From positions 2,914,001 through 2,978,000 of the forward strand of contig OZ218962.1 of the NCBI GenBank assembly GCA_965112735.1: 64,000 nt of DNA, in the 5' to 3' direction. The translations under genes were made by a program, and so were the position numbers. Positions within the stretch are counted from its first letter, which is position 1. Every line of letters starts with the position of its first letter. Positions 59,137-64,000 of this stretch are shown here, in pieces. This DNA comes from Phaeosaccion multiseriatum. Lineage: Eukaryota > Protista > Ochrophyta, other classes. Under the pieces are notes generated by a model. It was not told where the DNA came from and ran no database searches. It was given only the letters and a program-made list of their open reading frames with translations.

Positions 59137-62100
59137 GGGGAGAACAACTGCACCGACCTTTTCGTTCTCTCTGTGCTTCCGCATGATGACCTCATCTTCC
59201 GTCTCTTCCTCCTCGAGAGCGCCCTCCGAAGCCGCCATGGAGCTCTGGAACAGGTCGTCCATCTGAGCAGTTTCGGGGCAGACCGGAGCAGAATGGGGGA
59301 GAATGGGCAAGTGGAACCGAAGACAAGGAAGAGGGGAGGAGAGGCCGAGTGAGTGAGTGAATTCGTTCCATTTCTTCCTCGAAGGGGTTGAAGAGGAGCT
59401 GGCTAGTGAGCGAACTTGCAGACAGGCTCTCGTCTATTCATTCCCACTGGGCCTTTCCTCCTCCTACATGCTACTGCATATGCATCCTTCCTTCCTTCCT
59501 TCCTTTCATCCTTCCTTTCTTTCTTCCTTCCTTCCTTCCTTCCTTCCTTCCTTCCTTCCTTCGCCTCCCCCTATGTCTCTGTGGGCTTGCAACATACGCA
59601 GGCTACTCTCCTTCTTTTCGGGGAAGGAAGGGAGGAGGGAAGGGAAGAAGGAAGGAATGGAGCAAGGAGGGAAGGAAGGAAGGAAGGAAGGAAGGAAGGA
59701 AGGAAGGAAGGAAGGAAGGAAGGAAGGAAGGAAGGAAGGAAGGAAGGAAGGAAGGAAGAAGGAAGGAAGGAACGAACGAACGAAGGAAGGAAGGAAGGAA
59801 GGAAGGAAGGAAGGAAGGAAGGAAGGAAGGAAGGAAGGAAGGAAGGAAGGAAGGAAGGAAGGAAGAAAGGAAGGAAGGAAGGAAGGAAGGAAGGAAGGAA
59901 GGAAGGAAGGAAGGAAGGAGGAGGACCGCGTGCTGGTATCGATAGCATCGCCATTTAATCGACTCGATGTTCAACAAACGGAAACGCACACTGCAGCTCC
60001 CTCCCTAATCTATGAAGAGACACCTTATGATTTCGTAAGCTTACGTAAGTACATACCTGCTGTGCCTCTGTATCAACATCCTGCACCCTCTGGCGCATCC
60101 TGCCCGCGAGGCTGAGACGGAGAGGGTCCGCCTCGGCAGATGTGATGATCTTCTCGGCCGCAGCAGTCTGGGGGGTGGGGAGGGAGGAGTAGCGAGGGCG
60201 GAGAGGAGAGAGACAGAGGGGGGAGAGGAGGGAGAGGGGGGAGAGGGGGGGTTGGCGGGGGAGGAGAGCTGGGCAACAAATAGAGGGAAGAGCACCCTAT
60301 GCGGTGGAGGGAGACGGAGAGGGAGATGGAGAGGGAGGGGAGAGGGAGGGGAGAGGGAGGGGAGAGGGAGGGGAGAGGGAGGGGAGAGGGAGGGGAGAGG
60401 GAGGGGAGAGGAAGGGGAGAGGGAGGCAACAGTTTCGCTACAGAGAATGGATAAGTCAATGGAGCCCTAAGGAGGAAGTCAATTAACAAGTCAATGAAGC
60501 CCGGCCTTGCCCTTTTCCATATATATATAATATATATACATTATGTATACATACCTTCCAGAGGTGTGAGAACTCGTTGTTCTGCCTGGCGATTCTCGAA
60601 GCCAAGGACGCCTGCGCGTTGTGGGAGGTCTGCACACGATCACTGCGAGGTGAGGTGGGAAGGGGGTGGCCCAGAGAGAGAGAGGGGGAGAACGGGGTGG
60701 GGACAGAGGGAGAGGGAGGGGAGAGAAGAGAGGCAGGAAGAGCGTCGGTTACGGATAAAAAGAGGGTAAGGTGGATTCATCACGGCTTTCACATCTGTCC
60801 GTCCGTCTCACTTTCGCTCTCCAGCAGCAGCACCAGAGATCGAAGGCTCCTCTCTCCACTCAATGTCGATGGAAGAAGAGATAAGCACCACCCACCCCCA
60901 CCGACTACATCCCACCCATACAACCCCGACCCCACCCATGACCAACCATACCCATTCATGATCCACCCCAACCACACACATTCATGATCCATCGCCCCTC
61001 CAACCCGACTCCCGTCCCCAAGACAACATCGATACCCAATCAAGCACCCCACCCCCCCCCCCCAAAGTGCACTCACGTGGAGTGTTCGCCCGCCAGGCCC
61101 GCCCCTTGTTTGCTTGTCTCCTCCTCCTTGAGCTGCTTGTGCTTGCTCTCCACCCGCAGGGCCCTCTCTCTGGCCTTCTTGCCCGCCTCTGCCTGCTGCC
61201 GCTCCTTGTCGGTGGGCTCGTTGGGATCGGCCTTTCGTACAATGAGCCGCACTCCTGAGGGAGGGAGGGAGGGAGGGTGAGAGGGAGGGAGGGAGGGAGG
61301 GAGGGAGGGAAGGAGGGAGGGAGGGAGGGTGAGAGGGGGAGGGAGAGAGAGAGAGGGGGAGAGGGGGAGAGGGAGAGAGGAAGGAAGGAAGGAAGGAAGG
61401 AAGGAAGGGAGGAAGGAAGAGAGGAAGGAAGGAAGGAAGGAAGGAAGGAAGGAAGGAAGGAAGAAAGAAAGGAAGAAAGGAAGAAAGGAAGGGAGGGAGG
61501 GAGGGAGGGAGGGAGGGAGCGAGGAAGGAAGGAAGGAAGGAAGGAAGGAAGGAAGGAAGGAAGGAAGGAAGGAAGGAAGGAAGGAAGGAAGGAAGGAAGG
61601 AAGGAAGGAAGGAAGGAAGGAAGGAAGGAAGGAAGGAAGGAAGGAAGGAAGGAAGGAAGGAAGGAAGGAAGGGAGGGAGGGAGGGAGGAAAGAAGGAAGG
61701 AAGGAAGGAAGGAAGGAAGGAAGAGAGAGATGGGTGGGTGCGGGGGCGGAGGGATGGGCATGCCGCGTGTGCGTGCGTGCGTGTGGATGTCTAGATGTAT
61801 GCGTGCGTGCGTGCGTGCGTGTGCTTGGGTATATGTCTCTGTGCGTGGGTGTGTGTTCCAGTCTGAGTGACTGCCACTTCCCTAACCCCTCCCCTACCGT
61901 CCCCACCCCCTCTCCTCTTGCACCATACGCACCCGCTGTGACCTGCCGCGGGTCCGTGACTCCGTTCCAGCGCGTGAGGTCTCTGACGGACACGTCATAC
62001 TTGGCTGCGATTCGGCTGAGACCCTCCCCTGCAGACACAATATGGTACTTGTGTTCACGCTTCTTGCGAGAGTCCACCCACCTCCAGTATCTGCAGAGGA

Positions 62101-63722
62101 TGGCAGTGGATGGGGGTGAGGGGTGAGGGGTGAGGAGGTGGGGGTGTATACGCCGCATGCCTCCCTACCCGTATGCCTCTCCACTGCGCCGCTCGTCTCC
62201 TCTGAGTATCCCGTTCTCTCTCTCTCCCTCTGTCCGGCCTCACCTTAGGGTGCCATCGCTGGAGGCCGAGAGGATCTTCTTGGTGTCGAAGGCCTGCTGC
62301 AGCACGGCGTCGGAGTGTCCTCTGAGGCTCATCATGAGCTCTCCCGAGCTGATGTCCGTCACCGCAACGACACTGTCCGCCCCGGCAGACACAATCTTCA
62401 TGGCGTCTGTCTGCACCTGCCACACTCGGCCCTGTTGGTGTGTTGTGTTGTGTGTGTTGTGTACGCAGTATATCAGCAAGCGCAAGCAAAGGGAGGTATT
62501 GATAAGAAAAGAAAGCAAAGCTTCACAGGGGGAGCGACGAGCACCAGCCGCAGCGGTTGGTGGTACAGCAGTGCAGTGTTCTCTCATCTGCCTTCTTCCT
62601 TCCTTCCCTCAGGACTGGCCAAGGTGGAGTGAGCACAGCCCTCCCCTCCTCTCCCTCACTCCTCCCTTCCCCGGGCCTCAGCTGAAAAAATTCCCCTTCT
62701 CTGTCGCGTCGCCAAACCAACCCCCCTGCCCTCTCTCCCCTCCCCTCCCTTCCTCCCTCCCTCTCTCCCTCTCTCCCTCTCTCCCTCTCTCCCTCTCTCC
62801 CTCCCTCCCTTCCTTACTCCCTCCCTCCCTCCCTCCCTCCCTTCCTCCCTCCCTCTCTCCCTCCCTCCCTCTCTCCCTCCCTCCTTCCCTCCCTCCCTCC
62901 CTCCCTCCCTCCCTTCCTTCCTTCCTTCCTTCCTTCCTCCCTCCCTCCCTCCCTCCCTTCCTCCCTCCCTCTCTCCCTCCCTCCCTCCCTCCCTCTCTCC
63001 CTCATTGACTCACCTCATGAACTTTAACCTCCAGCATGACCATCCCTGTCTCTGTCCACCACACCTTAATACTCCCATCAACGTGCCCGCTCACCACCTC
63101 GAGCTCGCCGTACGTCAGGGCAGTGACACCCTGCGGTGTGACAGTTACACCCTGCGGTGTGACACCCTGCGGTGTGACAGTTACACCCTGCCGGTACGAC
63201 TCGAGGCGGGTCTTGGCATAGAGCTTGTGCACGTCGCGCTCGTCTCTATGGGGGGGTCAGAGGGGGTCAGAGGGTAGAGGAGGTGAACGGGATAGAGGGG
63301 CGTCAGTGTGGAGAGTAGAGGGTGTCGGTGTGGGGACTAGAGGGTATCGATGTAGAGAGTAGAGAGTATCGACATAGAGAGTAGAGGGTGTCGATGTAGG
63401 GAATAGAGGGTATCGATGTAGAGAGTAGAGAGTAGAGAATATCGATGCAGAGAGTATGGATGTCGAGAGGAGAGGGTATCGACATAGAAAGTAGACGGTG
63501 TCGACATAGCGTCAGAGGGGGACATGAAGGAGAGAGGGAGAGAACGAGGTGTTTCTACAGGCATAACCGGTTACTGTAATGGGCAGGCAGGCACTCACTT
63601 CCCCTTGGGCGTCTTCCAGATGAGTATGTCTCCATCGGCACAGCCACTCAGCAACCCCCATGTGCCGCACTGCAGTGCCATGACACTCTTGGTGTGGCCG
63701 TGTAGGGTGCGCAGCAGCTGGC
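58123..63722 (-). CDS. WD40-repeat plus LysM-domain protein, 3' part (5' end beyond the window)
   Basis: Exons 63722-63599, 63245-63014, 62431-62244, 62090-61933, 61254-61077, 60642-60555, 60167-60057, 59262-59158, 58893-58123, phases consistent. WD40: LRTLHGHTKSVMALQCGTWGLLSGCADGDILIW and LRGHSDAVLQQAFDTKKILSASSDGTLRYW. LysM: YHIVSAGEGLSRIAAKYDVSVRDLTRWNGVTDPRQVTAGVRLIV. Confidence 0.85.
59670..59918. repeat. (GGAA)n repeat, intronic; complementary (TTCC)n at 59485-59562 and another (GGAA)n at 61379-61723
   Basis: Direct observation. Confidence 0.9.
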
Positions 63723-63754
63723 CTGGAGGGGGAGGGGAGTGGAGGAAAGAGGAG

Positions 63755-64000
63755 GGGAGATGAGAGGAGAGGAGAGGAGATGAGAGGAGGGGAGAGGAGA
63801 TGAGAGGAGAGGAGAGGAGATGAGAGGAGAGGAGAGGAGAGGAGAGGAGAGGAGAGGAGAGGAGAGGAGAGGAGATAAGAGGAGAGGAGAGGAGAGGAGA
63901 GGAGAGGAGAGGAGAGGAGAGGAGAGGAGAGGAGAGGAGAGGAGAGGAGAGGAGAGGAGAGGAGAGGAGAGGAGAGGAGAGGAGAGGAGAGGAGAGGAGA
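63755..64000. repeat. (GGAGA)n pentanucleotide repeat, intronic
   Basis: Direct observation; the minus strand gives a pyrimidine tract upstream of the acceptor at 63723. Confidence 0.92.

Overview
Eukaryotic genomic DNA: GT-AG introns filled with micro- and minisatellites; gene content suggests a stramenopile/ochrophyte alga (inference). Positions 1-29235 hold the 3' 46 exons of a giant (>4,000 aa) membrane protein with Cys-rich repeats, one TM helix and a long coiled coil. Next come an intron-containing FNIP-repeat gene, an acidic hypothetical gene, and a ~21 kb tandemly duplicated cluster (35.7-57.8 kb). The cluster has seven intronless FNIP (LRR-like) repeat genes or pseudogenes plus one 5' fragment, arranged as four head-to-head pairs, with two copies of a receiver-like gene and truncated non-LTR retrotransposon inserts. 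The window ends in the 3' part of a WD40+LysM gene on the minus strand. The main candidate for a new system is the FNIP cluster. It shows a putative degenerate F-box N-terminus, an almost invariant 19/21-aa repeat scaffold with a few hypervariable positions, repeat-number variation, and repeat modules shared between paralogues, including a 114-bp identical tract in a pseudogene and an oppositely oriented gene. This resembles a diversifying recognition repertoire. A second unexplained signal is a strand-polarised complementary motif pair in introns: GATGGCAGTG after donors and CACTGCCATC before acceptors. All exon models and alignments were read by eye; no database searches were run.
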